This document shows positions 13,148 to 25,119 of a DNA stretch of 64,000 bases, one piece after another; the first letter of the stretch is position 1, and the number at the start of each line of letters is the position of its first letter. A program made the translations under genes and the position numbers. The notes beneath the pieces are model-generated. The model worked only from the letters and a program-made list of their open reading frames with translations, ran no database searches and was not told where the DNA came from. Source of the DNA: Squalus acanthias (taxonomy: Eukaryota); NCBI GenBank assembly GCA_030390025.1, contig CM059434.1:96472001-96536000 (forward strand). The letters are read 5' to 3'.

Positions 13148-13729
13148 CTAAACACGAGAAAAGAAAATCACCTTTTGTCCTACTTCCTGCATAGGTGAAT
13201 TTTGAAAATATGTAATAAATACTTTCAAATATAATGGTTCAAAGTTTGTTTCTGCAATTAAAATTAATATTTTGAATATTAAATACATAAGACAAGTATA
13301 TACCAGAGAAAGAAAAATTAGCATACTGAACCAGCAGTCCCCAAAATGGATGAATAGGGCAATTAAAGTGGAAGAAAGAAAAATAACCTGTACAAAGCCT
13401 ACTGGGAACAGGCAGAACATAGGAAAAAGCTAAAGCAAACTAAAATAGGTATTAGTGGCACAAAGAAAGCATTAGAGGGGAACACAGCAAAAGATATGAA
13501 CAAATAATGGTGGAATAAATGATGAAACACCTCCATTAAATAGTGGGGGGGGTGGGGTACAAGTTCGTTAAGTGATAGTATCGCTGACGGTAATTGCTAC
13601 CTTGTAATGTTCCAAGTGTAATATGGAAGCTATAAAACAGCACGAGAAGCATATGCACGTAAATCACTGTGCAGTATGCTAACCCCAGATTACCCTGCCC
13701 CCTGTGTCCATTATATAATAGGTACTTAC

Positions 13730-13858
13730 ATATGCTTCATAGTCACAGGACTGGAAAATCAGCTTCTCAGGATGATGTTGCCAGTACTGTACAGGTGTGG
13801 ATGACGTGGCTTCATTTGGAGGCCGAAGAGTAATGGAAGGCTCACTCCATTCTGCCTG
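13730..13858 (-). CDS. ANKS1B: ANKS1B coding exon (start of PTB): QAEWSEPSITLRPPNEATSSTPVQYWQHHPEKLIFQSCDYEAY
   Basis: 129 nt, ttcag|cag NAGNAG acceptor and |gtaagt donor; hand translation. Confidence 0.93.
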
Positions 13859-14339
13859 CTGAATAGGAAAGTAAAATTAGACCAGAGGAATACTGAACCC
13901 AAGGCACCTTTGATAACAAAACTTTTTTTTTTTTTAAAGTGACCTGACTATTAAGAAATTATTAATGACATTTGTTTTCACTGGAGTCCCTTCGAGTGGA
14001 GGCCAATTAAGCCCAAATAAGATTAAACTACATCCAGCTCAAGATAAGACACGCTGAAAGTGTGCATTGATAATTATAAATAATTTGGGTATATAGCAAA
14101 GCCCAATAGACCTGCTGTCCTCTTCTTTGTGTCTATGCCACTTTCAACGCAACATTCCAATGATGCAAAGGAGAATTAAAAAAAGCACTTTATGTTGAAT
14201 TTTTTTTTCCACAACAGAAAATTCACTGGTTCCAAGTCACAGAAGTAAGAATAAAAAAATCAAATCCTAAGCCTCAACATTGCACAGCATCCAAAATGGG
14301 GGTAAGTGGCTATAACATTATTGGAGTTAGATCTTCTGG

Positions 14340-15600
14340 CAACCAGTGACAGTGAGGATTAGGAAGGAAATACTATTTCAGTAAGGCAAACTTCAACGGA
14401 ATGAAAGATCAACCAAAAGAAATTAAATGGGATGTATTGCTCAGAGATAAATCAGTTGAGGAAAACTTTTAAAACTGCAATATTAAATATGTAAGACAAG
14501 TATATATCAAAGAAAAAATTGGTACCCTGAACAAGCAGCCCCCCAAATAGATGAAAATTAAAGTGAAAGTAGGAAAGAAAAACAACCTATACAAAGCCGA
14601 CTGGGAAAAGGGCAGAGTATACGAGAAAGCTAAAGTAGATTGGGCGGATGTCATGTACCCTAGGTTGCTGCAGGATATTGGCTATAGGCATGAAAGAATC
14701 ACTGGGTGCTGGGGACGCTTCACATGAAGCAAATACAGTCTCTTTATTTTAAAAGGGGGCAAAGTATCTGACCCAGATGACTATAGGCCCTTCGCCAAAC
14801 GTCAACAGTGGATAAAATAATGGGAACCATTCTAAAGTATAGGCTGGGGGAGTATCTATGAGCAATAGCTTGAAAAGAAACAGCCAGCGTGGACTGAGAA
14901 TGGGTTTTCTTGTCAAACCTCTTCAATTTCTTTGAGGAACAAATAAGGCAGATAGTGGAAATCCTTTTGATATTGTTTATTTGGATTTTCAGAATACCTT
15001 CAGTAAGTTCCCACATGAGAAACTATGAAGGCCATGGGAATCCAGAGTAGATAGTGGACTGGATAAAAAAAATTGGAAACAGGTACATAAGATTTGGACG
15101 CAGTAACCAATTGTAAGTTTGAAGAAAACACTAAAATAAGATAGAGTAGATGATGCAGGCAACAATCTACAATGGATTCGAGTCAGTTATGCTATTAGGC
15201 AATCAAATGAGAAATTAAATTTAATATTAACAAAGTACGGCATATTGAGCAAAATAAAGTGACATAGGCATACAATGACGGTAATAGAATTAGCAAAGGG
15301 AGACTTAGAAAGGGGCCTGGAAGTACCAGTAGACTTGTCACTTGCAAAGTCGAGACAATGTGTAGAAGCAATTAAAAAGACAAATTGAATGTTAGTAGGA
15401 AGCTGGGATACACAGCCACAACATGGAGTATGCACCTCCATAGATTATGCCGAGGCAGTAATTGAGTCAAACATATTGCAGGATGTTCAAAATACAGCTG
15501 GACACTAGGCTGAGTCAATTGTCAATTGGAGTACTGAAAGGATGAGCTTTGATGGACCAAATGACCATTTCTTATCCTTGACTTTTTCTTATGTTCTTAA
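14340..15600 (+). mobile_element. Decayed CR1-like LINE (RT region and 3' end)
   Basis: Remnants of the NYRP and DIVYLDF motifs (gactataggccc; gatattgtttatttggattttcag) and a CR1-like 3' tail near 15540-15598. Confidence 0.65.
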
Positions 15601-17010
15601 TTTCCTTGTTCGATGGTAATGGGGGTCTGACTCTAAGTGTGTACTCCATTTATTTTTATACTGACTAGTAGTACGCCTCTCCCACTAGAGGTATACATGT
15701 CTTCACCATTTGCATCCTGAACGTTGAGCTGTCAACATCTTATTCACAGGGATTTGAAAAGATTAGCTCTAAATCTCTTTAACAAGCTGCAAAATGTTAT
15801 AAATACAACAGGAACCGACACCATGAAGTTTCAGAAAGGAGATTCCACACCAGCATTTTTTCCTCAGTACAATAGTCTATGGAGGTCCATCACACTCAAA
15901 TTTGACTTGTCCGGGCTTTTTAAAATGCCAAATAAGATTTGATCTAAAGGAGCCTCCACTGTATGAATATTACATTGATTCAATTTGAATTCTACTTATT
16001 CACACAATACCTGCATTGATTTGGCATAACTAGTTAGTATCCTCTTGGCAGGGGTGGGGGGGAAAAGAGAGAATAAAGTTAAGCAGAGTCTTTTGGCTCC
16101 AAGATCACGTGCCTGACGTTGGAAGTTTGTAACCTTTGTGGAAGACTTGGTAATCTGATACCCGAAACAAATAGCTCTGCAGTACTCCAGGGCACTGTTG
16201 CCCATTGACCTGCAAACTGGCTCACTAAAGGAACCGGAAGGGGAACTCAGTCATTGGAGGTTGGAATTCCTCGCATTCAATTTCACCCCGCTCTGCAAAC
16301 CAATGCCCTAATGATTAGGGTGGTCCTGGCTGGACAAGCAGCAAGAAGTTTACCATTGCTCTGCACTGTGTGGTTTTGGTGCATCAGTAAGGCCTGCGCT
16401 TAAGGTTTCTCACCTTAAGTAAGTGGGGTATGTCCCTATGGGGAGAGAGTATATACTCTTATCAGGAAAATGGATATTCTACCGGTATAAATTATACGGC
16501 TCAGATACTCTTAAACAATGTCATGGATGTCCATGTGTGTGTCAGACACCTGGCTGATCAAAAGAAATGTACACAGCACCATATAATATCAAAATGTCTC
16601 AAGTGCTATACACAGAATTACAATGAAATGCAGTGACTGTCGTTATGCAGACAAAGACATACTTCCCATTTCATTTAGGCTCGGAATCCTAAATAGGCAC
16701 AAACTCTCACAATTATATAAATACCAGAAGATCTTACAAACCGTGAAGCTGAAAATCTCTACAACTCACTAAAATAAAAAAATCTATCCCAGTGAGACTC
16801 TGAATGATAAAGGTTTTATTATTGATGAAGATTTTTTTTTTTAACCAAGCTATAACAGAGACAGAACTGATAGATTATCAGGTAGTGCTGGAGTATAGTA
16901 TGACAAACAAACTTACAAAGAAAATAATCAATTATGAGGAAAGTAAGCCAAACTAGTGCAAAGGGAACCCAAGGTTAACAGCTTATTGCATGTTATTCAA
17001 TGCAATTTAC

Positions 17011-17190
17011 CTGAGCCATTTGTCTTTCCAGTTTTGACCTAGGCATATCCTCAAAGTAGCTGTCATTGATTCGCCTTCTTGCGTCCCCTTGCATCATTAA
17101 ATGGGAAGAGGGGATATCAAGAGAGCCACCAGTGTAAGTGCTTTGGCTAAGGGATGGGGAAAGTTGAGGAGGAGTGTTGTTCCCAGGGTC
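17011..17190 (-). CDS. ANKS1B: ANKS1B coding exon (SAM-PTB linker): DPGNNTPPQLSPSLSQSTYTGGSLDIPSSHLMMQGDARRRINDSYFEDMPRSKLERQMAQ
   Basis: 180 nt, aacag| acceptor and |gtaaat donor; inside ORF 16993..17217. This linker is characteristic of ANKS1B rather than ANKS1A. Confidence 0.93.
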
Positions 17191-18544
17191 CTGTTCCAGA
17201 AGCAAATAGCAACGCATTAATTAATGTTATGATTTATGTTACTGAATCTCTCCCAGCCCTAATGGTTTAGTTCCTCTGTGTTGTTCATCAGTGTAAATCT
17301 AAGCATTTCAAATTGATGAAACATTCAGAACACATATTTACAGCCCTCACACCTAAATAATCTATCTCAAATGAATGGATCTCTCAGGTAGTTTTAATCT
17401 TGGCATAACACCAATAATCTAGCAAAAGCTATTTGGTATAGATTAATATTAAACAATTGTTTTAGGTCATTTATTTCAGCATTAACACAAAAATGATATA
17501 AAAATGTGACTCTGGAGATAGAAATCAAAAGTATATGAAACAAACTTGTGTAACATGCTCCTTAATGAGACAGACAAACTGGCCTCTCTTCGCTCCTTCA
17601 GGTTAAATATTTATGAAACTAAGACTCAAGATTCCCATAACGTATTTCTACTATGAAGATTTTTTTCTCTCTCAACCTGCCTGTATCATGAACATTCACT
17701 TGCCAACTTGCTCCCTGGCTGTAACACCTACTATTTAACTAACAGACATGCGACAGTGGCCTGGGATGTCTCCCCTCTCTGACTTTTCCGCCCCTTTGCG
17801 AGGTAGTGTCTGGTCTCAGCTCTATGCCTCCCCACAACAATACAGCTGAGGTCAGAAATTTAAGCTGTGTAATGGAGGGGGAAAAGGTGGAGAAGATCAA
17901 ACCTTTCCCTCACCTTTATTGGCATGCATTGGCACTCTAACCAACTGTGCCACGTATGCCCATTTTTATAAGAAATCTGTGGGATAAATTATAAAGGGAC
18001 ACTTTTTCCAGATTCTGTGTTTGAAAAAGTCAGAAACGTTGAGGTAGGCAAAAAAAATCATTATTTTTGACAAAGTTCTTTCAGGGTTTTTTTTTTAGTT
18101 TTACGCTTTGATGAAAAGCAGCTGCTTATTTAATGTAGAAAACCCAGAGAAACGCTCTTGTTACATTATGCTATGCCCCGCATAGATATTAACTGCAGTT
18201 AATGTTTTAATCAGACTGTAGACAGGTCCTGGAAAGGATGAACTTTTGATGGCTGTTTTGGTATCTTCTACTCTTGGGTAATCAGTAAAATGTTACATCG
18301 ATGTTGAGTTCTTTGACTGAAGTGCACTCTGAACTGATGCACTGTAACTACTGAATCTTTTATTTTCAAATGAAGACTGCTATACATTGTAAATTTAGAC
18401 ATGCAAAATGTTGATTTTTATTTAGCTCTCCACTACCTTCAGTAACACAGCAGACAAATAGAAGGTATTTATTTCAGTAAAGAATAAGTAATCCATGTGT
18501 TGTCAAGTGCCTTGGAATATCTTAAGGACATGATAAGTAATATA

Positions 18545-19420
18545 ACAACTTATAGTTTTATACCACCTTTCATGTAACTAGATGTCCCAAGGGGCTTTAA
18601 GGAGGCCTCGGATGACCCAAATGAGGAGGAAGTGGGGGCAGGGTATTCAGGGATGTGGCTAAGAGCACAGTCACAAGTGCCAGATTTTGATGAGGCTTTT
18701 GAAGGTGGGGAGAGAGAGGTAGTAATGCTGGAGAGTTTGGGCAGAGAATTTCAGAGGGTGCATCCTGATGGCTGAAGGTTCTGCCACCATAGGTGGAGTG
18801 GAGAGCTAGAAAAGTTGTGGGTACTTGCTGGGGCATGGAGTTGTAGATTTCAAAAGGTAAGAGCTGCAAAACCATGGAGGGATTTCAAAAGGAGGTCATG
18901 GATTTTAAAGTCAATGCACTTGGGGAACAGACAAGAATGAAGCTTGGTGAGGATAAGATGATAGGAGTTTGGGATTGGATATGAGTGGAAGGGTTGTGGA
19001 TGAGTTGTAGTTTACATACACCAGCAAGGACAGTGTTGAAGAAATCCTGCTAGGAAGTAACAGGCATGGATAATGGATTCAGTGGCAGTGGGGGGTGTAA
19101 GGGACTTAGGCCAGCCAAATTGTGAAGCTAGGAGGAGGCACTCATGACGATAGACTGGATGTGGAACTTGAAGCCCAGTTCAGGGTTGCAGGACACTGAA
19201 GTTGTCAGGCTGAACCTGAGTGAACAGCCAGAAGGGAGACTAAATCAGTGCTAGAGGCATACACTCTCTGGCAGGAGCCGATCAGGACTGTCTCATTCTT
19301 GCCCTTGTTGAGCTAGAGAAAGTTGTGACAGACCTGGGGTCATGCGTGGCAATGGAGTGGGAGGATTGGACTACGCTGTCCCTGTGCTTGCAGATAATAT
19401 CATAGAAGGACAGCATGCAA
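18545..19420 (-). mobile_element. Decayed L2-clade LINE
   Basis: Reverse-complement L2 tail at the left end; resembles the reverse complement of 43845-44512. Confidence 0.65.
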
Positions 19421-21169
19421 ATAAGGATCAGGATTTATTTATCTATTACAATGAACAATATTGTTTTCCTATGTCAATTGTGCTGGCTACGTCTGTAGCT
19501 GTCTCTCCCTAAATAATGCGGGCACTGTGGATATGAATCACCTGCAGTACTGCATACCAATCCTTCTCGAATCTTTTCAGAGACCTGGGCACATCTTTTC
19601 CAACAGGTTATCAAGACTGAAATGGTAAAACTGGCTACAGCACTGTCCTAAACAGTAGAAGTATCAACAGCATTATATTTCTGGAACTAGACCTACTACT
19701 CCAGTCATATTTACTCAGTTCAACCAATGGGGAGAAAAGAAACACATGGCATGCTCTTCTCCACCGCTGGCCAGGTAATGTAAATTATGGGAGATCAGAT
19801 GAATCATCATAGAATAATATTATTCCTTATAAATGGAAGGTCTTTACATTAAACATAGTGTCAAAGAAATAGTTCACGACAGAAGGTGTGAGACTGGTAT
19901 GATTTGAATGAAAGCTCCAATAAAAACACTGATTTATTAACTGTTTCCCAGGGCCAGGTTTACAGAAACAATTTGCATCGTATTTTTTCCATAAAAACTA
20001 TTTCAAGGTAACGCATCTTCAATTATCTCTTTATTTCCCTTTGCACCCTGAGGCCATCCGAGATGTATTCAGTATCAGATATTATGCAAAGAAAATCACC
20101 AACCCAAGGACTACACTATTGTGTAAGTGCTCATTATGGGAATGGGCTGGTGAGGGAGCAGGGTGTCCTAACTGAAGTGACAGCATCTCTCAAATCTTTG
20201 TAGTTAGGCCATTTGTATTTGTCAGATTAGCCGTTGCATATTACAAGCAGCAGAAGATCTAGAAATGCAGTAACGATAACACAAACTGTGTTAAACAGGG
20301 CTTACATTTGGAATTCATAGACATTGCTTCTGCTACTTACAATATGTGCTCACTTTCTGTTGGCAGGTGGTCATTGTACAGCAGAGAAAGGAATAGGCGA
20401 AATACATTGCAAAGAAAGACAGATGGCAGCAAAATTGCTTTAAATCACAAATAATGATCTCAAGGATTTAAAAATGATTGTTAAAACAATTGTTTCCATA
20501 ACGTTTCCTACAATATGTACATGAAATGATGTTTTTTTCAGGACAACATATAAAAGAGTGACAGAACTTGGACAGCCCGTTTAATTTCAAGCTAGGCAGG
20601 AACGAAGGACAGACCATCTGCCCTTCACTAGAGTTTTGAGTTAACTGTTCCTTGGGAAAAGTATGGCGTAGAAGCAATTACATCCTGCAGTGGAGGCAGG
20701 TATCAGAAATTAAGTAGCGTACACGCACTCTATTGGGGGGGAGAAGGCCTCAAGTCCATGTTGCCCAGCTTATTTCAGAGTGAGGTGACTTACCATCCAA
20801 GATACGATATATACATCATCTTGCAAGATGGCATTGCGGGATTCAGGACAACTGACCTATTGATATAAAAAGAGATCCAATCTGAATAGCACCTAATATG
20901 AGTGGCTTTTCCTTCCACCACTCTTGTCAGTTGTTCCCTCCTTCCAAGATGGAGGGTCCCATCATAGCATAGTGATTCACCTAGTGGTCTGCATGAGAAT
21001 TAGCAACGTTCGCTCCCAGCAGTGGGAGGCAGGTTCGAATATACAAACAGGTCAATGTAAATTGCACGGATCTGTGGGCACATTTCTATGAATCCCCAAA
21101 CAGTGGCCTGGAAACAGTTATTTTTTCTGCTGATTTTTTTATTAGAACAGAATGTCCTTTAAAACAACG

Positions 21170-21312
21170 TAAAATGGTGGAAATACACAGCAGTATCTGA
21201 AGAAAGAAACGATGGGCTAATGTTTCCAATGTAAACCCTTTGTCAGAACTGGAAACTGGAAGATAAGCATTTCCAGCACTCCCTGTTTCTCTTTCAGATT
21301 TCAAGCATTTGA
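21170..21312. mobile_element. Short Penelope-derived repeat with inverted ends
   Basis: aaatggtggaaatacacagc...gcatttccagcac structure, a decayed CTGACAA...GAAAC core on the minus strand, and similarity to 35075-35170. Confidence 0.55.
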
Positions 21313-22641
21313 AGTTTTTTTTTTCCCTTTTTATCAGCACTTTTAAATAATTCCAGTTGAAAACTATGCATCTGTGGCGTAACATGGTTTTAACGAGCTT
21401 TAAGATTTGATACCTTTGGTTGAGAGTCGAATGTAAATTATGGGAAAATATATTCTTAAATATATATTAACTTATTTTAAAAAAAAGTTAAATAAAAAAA
21501 CCTTTTGACATCTAGAGTACTGCCCAGGCTAATTTCTGCCATGTTGTATGTGTTTGTGAACCCGACAACTGCATGTTTCCTTTCTTAACTGAATGCTAAA
21601 TTATTTGAAAAGCATGCAGCTCCTTGAAAGGATTCCCTTGTCTTTCATGTGAGCAGAACTAAGAAACACCTTTCCATGAATGCTTCTGTGGCATTTTAGA
21701 TTGAATCTGTAAAAAAAAAAATTTGAACAGGCCAAAATGTGAACCTGCCTGCGCAACTCCAAGAATTGAGATTAAAGTGCTGCTATCACACGGTCATCGA
21801 AAGCATGCAGAAGGGCCTGGCTGGGATCTTAATGTGTCAGATCCCTCAAACTACAGCAATCCATTACCGTCTGCAAAAATCCTTTTGTTGGATTAAAGGG
21901 TTCACTTCCTGCGTGGGAAATGAACCACTCACTAAGGATTTCCTTTAGCACAGTGCAACCTTTTAGTTTATTCTGTCCTATATAATCAGGCAAAAAAAAA
22001 GTGATTGAATCGGATGAGGATAAAGAACGAGATGAACAGCAAATAATTACAAAATTTCTGGAACAAAAATGTTTCGAATATTTTAAACCATCTAAAAAAA
22101 AAAATTCCTTCCCTGAAAGGGCTACAAAGAGCAGCCAGTTAATCAATGTTGAAAAGATTTGAAATGCTGTAAATTCTGTTGAGGAAGGGTTAATGTGGTG
22201 CAGACTAAAGCTAAGATTGACTCAGTGACTACCTAAATCCCAGTATCGTAGCTGAAGGGCTCTGACATTTGTGGTAAATAGAGTTTACTTTTTAATGAGA
22301 ATAGTTATTGATTTTTTTTCTTTGACACCCACTGAAAGATTTGATAGATTTTTTTTCAGGCTACATTTGAACAAAAGGTCACAATAATAAAAACCTGAAA
22401 TGAGTTTTTTCTACATCTTAATTTCACAATATTGCTTGGAAGATCTTCAGGGAATATTCTCACATACAAAACAAAGAATGTTGGTGGTGGTCATGGAACA
22501 GGAAAGATTACTGAGGCAAGCAGCTAATAATGATACATGCCAGTGCGGAGGATTGGCCTAAGATACGCTAATTAAAATCATACCGTGCTACATTTCATGC
22601 GAATAGCAGTATTAATTCAACACTGTATGAACACGGCTTAC

Positions 22642-22749
22642 CCTCAGAGTAATGGTTCGCGGAGGCTTCTGAGGAGGCTCGTCGTGAAGTCTGTCTCCAA
22701 GTGATGCTAAGATTCGTTTTCTGTGACCCAGAAGGTTAATTTTCAACAC
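22642..22749 (-). CDS. ANKS1B: ANKS1B coding exon (end of SAM2): [36 protein letters not shown]
   Basis: 108 nt, ttttag| acceptor and |gtaagc donor; hand translation; [10 protein letters not shown] signature. Confidence 0.95.
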
Positions 22750-24451
22750 CTAAAAGATTCAGTGATGCAAATAAGAATCCACACAGAATGCAGAAGAAAA
22801 AAAAATCTCCCAAACTAGTAAACGACCTTGCAGTGGGAGGTAATCCTACAGAGATGATGTCCTGCAATGTGGTTACAGAATTAGCAGCCAGAATAATTAT
22901 GCTCCGTCCTAATGTGTCATCATAACTAGACAAGGCGCAATTCTAAAAAATCATTTTACTGGACAAAAAACACAAGCCTCTCATCTATCCCTTGTAGATT
23001 TAAATGCGAATCACTGCACATAATGTAGCCCGAGCCTTCTTCTGGCAGCTCACTGCAGTGTTTCTGGATGAAATGCCAGGAAGCATCCCTATAAATGAAG
23101 ATTTAATTCCTTAGCTTTAGACCTTCACTACTCCTGCAGCTGTGCAAGACTGGTGAAGAAGCTAGGCATCTTTTTATGTACATCACAGGAAGGCTGTGTC
23201 AGAAAGGTGCTGCAAAATGGATTACCACGTCTGTAGTCATCCATATTTTTAATTATACAGTTGACAGCATTCAACTCATTACATAATACGAGGAAAGCAA
23301 GCAACTGCTGCGCATACCTGTTAAAAAAAACTCCAGGACATTGTATCCATATTCTAACACCATTCAAATAAAGCGGTGTGTTTAACTGTACGAACAGCAA
23401 ATGCACACACTACGAGAGTATACCACCCAAAGCAAATCAACAGCAACCTGTCTCAAGCTGGCTGTTAAAACATCGTAACGGTTACACTGTTAACCACATC
23501 ATATTCTCAAATGTAACTGTAATGCATTTTTAGAACATCATTAGTCTTTAGGTTCAACATGAACACCCAAATCAAACACAAATTTGCAAAAAGTGACCTT
23601 ACGTAGCTTATCCAGTAAATCTGTGGATACATGGGACTGCTTCACTCACAGTATAGGGCAGGCTCCATGACTTGTAACTTACCCAATGCCTTGGAGAACA
23701 TTTCTCTTCAGTCCCCGGTGGATTTTATTTGTGTTCAGTCAAGTGTTATTCTTGCTTTCACCATGTTTGTGATAGCCAGTAATCAGATGAGGACATTTTC
23801 ACTCAAATTAGATTGGCATGAGGAGTATATAATTGTATTGAGGGCCACAGAGTAACAAATGTTTGTCTAAATGCTTTGCTTTATCTAGTCAAAAAAGCAC
23901 ATCCTAATTGTCAACTGACAGAAGCAGTCAAAACTCATCTTCTCGTTTGCAAGTTGATTTTCTATTATAACTTAATTTGAATAATAGTTTAATTCAGCTA
24001 ACATGCAACACGCTTCTTCATTAAATGCTCACATTAAGTCCAGAATCTCATATAGTGCGATGGAAATTGTGTTCTTATGCTACAAAGAGACTGTATAAAT
24101 GGTAAATGAAGCTGTGCCTCTTATTTTGTTCAGACTGAAGCTTCACGGATGTGGCCCTGAAAAATACTGTTATCTATAATGAGAATCTTAAACTTAAAAC
24201 ACTCGTCAGTCACAGGTATGCGGAGTTGACAGTTTACCATCAACACATTTAATACAAATTAATTAAACTCAGCACTGCAAGCTTTTACTCGATTGCAAGA
24301 ACAATTGAGAACTACATTCATGCATCAGTTGAACTCAATTATTTTCTCAACAACACAGCGTTCTCCTGAACTTCCAGACACACGGATCAGTACCCAATCA
24401 CTTGTCACATTTTGTTAATTCTGCTGAACTTTCCAGATGTTCTAACACTTC

Positions 24452-25119
24452 GGGGGAAAAATTGGGTTGATTTGCACCTCTCATTAGCGCCCTCGGGGCA
24501 CAAATCCCCTCGCACCTGGGAGCGGTACCGCGAACGCCTCCTGTAAAATTCAGCAGGAGGTTAGCGGCAACGGTAGCGCTCCATGGCGCTGTGCCACTGG
24601 TAATGACATCAGCGCCGTGCGCAGTGCCCCGGCCGCAAACTTCCCTTGCGCCCCCTGACCTATCGCCGGACGACATGCCCAACAGGATCGGGGGCGTTTT
24701 TGCAGCGGCGCCGGCGCAAGTTAAAGGGGCAGGTGTCAAGCGGCCATTTTTATTTTGGCCGACTGCCAGCACCTGCCCCCTTTCCCTTATTTTTCGGGGT
24801 GTCAGCCGCGATCGCTCAGCACGGCACCCCACTCCCCGGTGGTCTTGCAGGGCCCCGGTGCGCGCAGCGCTTGGCCCCTCCCCTTTAATCAGGGGTGGAG
24901 GTCTGCAATGACGCGGCGCTATGTACCACCGTGCGTGGCGCTTTTGCACGTAGCGCCGCGAACTTCAGTAGTAGCGCCCCAAGGAGGTGGAGCGCTTCCA
25001 GTAGCGCTCCACCTCCTGCTTGGGGCGCTACTACTGAATTTCTGGTGGAGGGGCGCTAACTTTTTCAGGGCGCTAAAATTAGCGCTCCGGCGACGTTAGC
25101 GCCACCCAATTTTCCCCCC
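24452..25119. mobile_element. Harbinger-type MITE (TAGCGCC class)
   Basis: 16-bp TIRs GGGGGAAAAATTGGGT...ACCCAATTTTCCCCCC, flanks TTC/TTA, CpG-rich, many TAGCGC(C) motifs. Confidence 0.85.

Noticed and set aside
21170-21312. Second active hammerhead ribozyme
   Set aside because: The core is mutated (CTGACAA instead of CTGANGA) and helix II is broken; this is a decayed Penelope relic.
24398-25099. Cluster of overlapping ORFs of 80-183 aa
   Set aside because: GC-rich MITE sequence with few stop codons; no recognisable domain.
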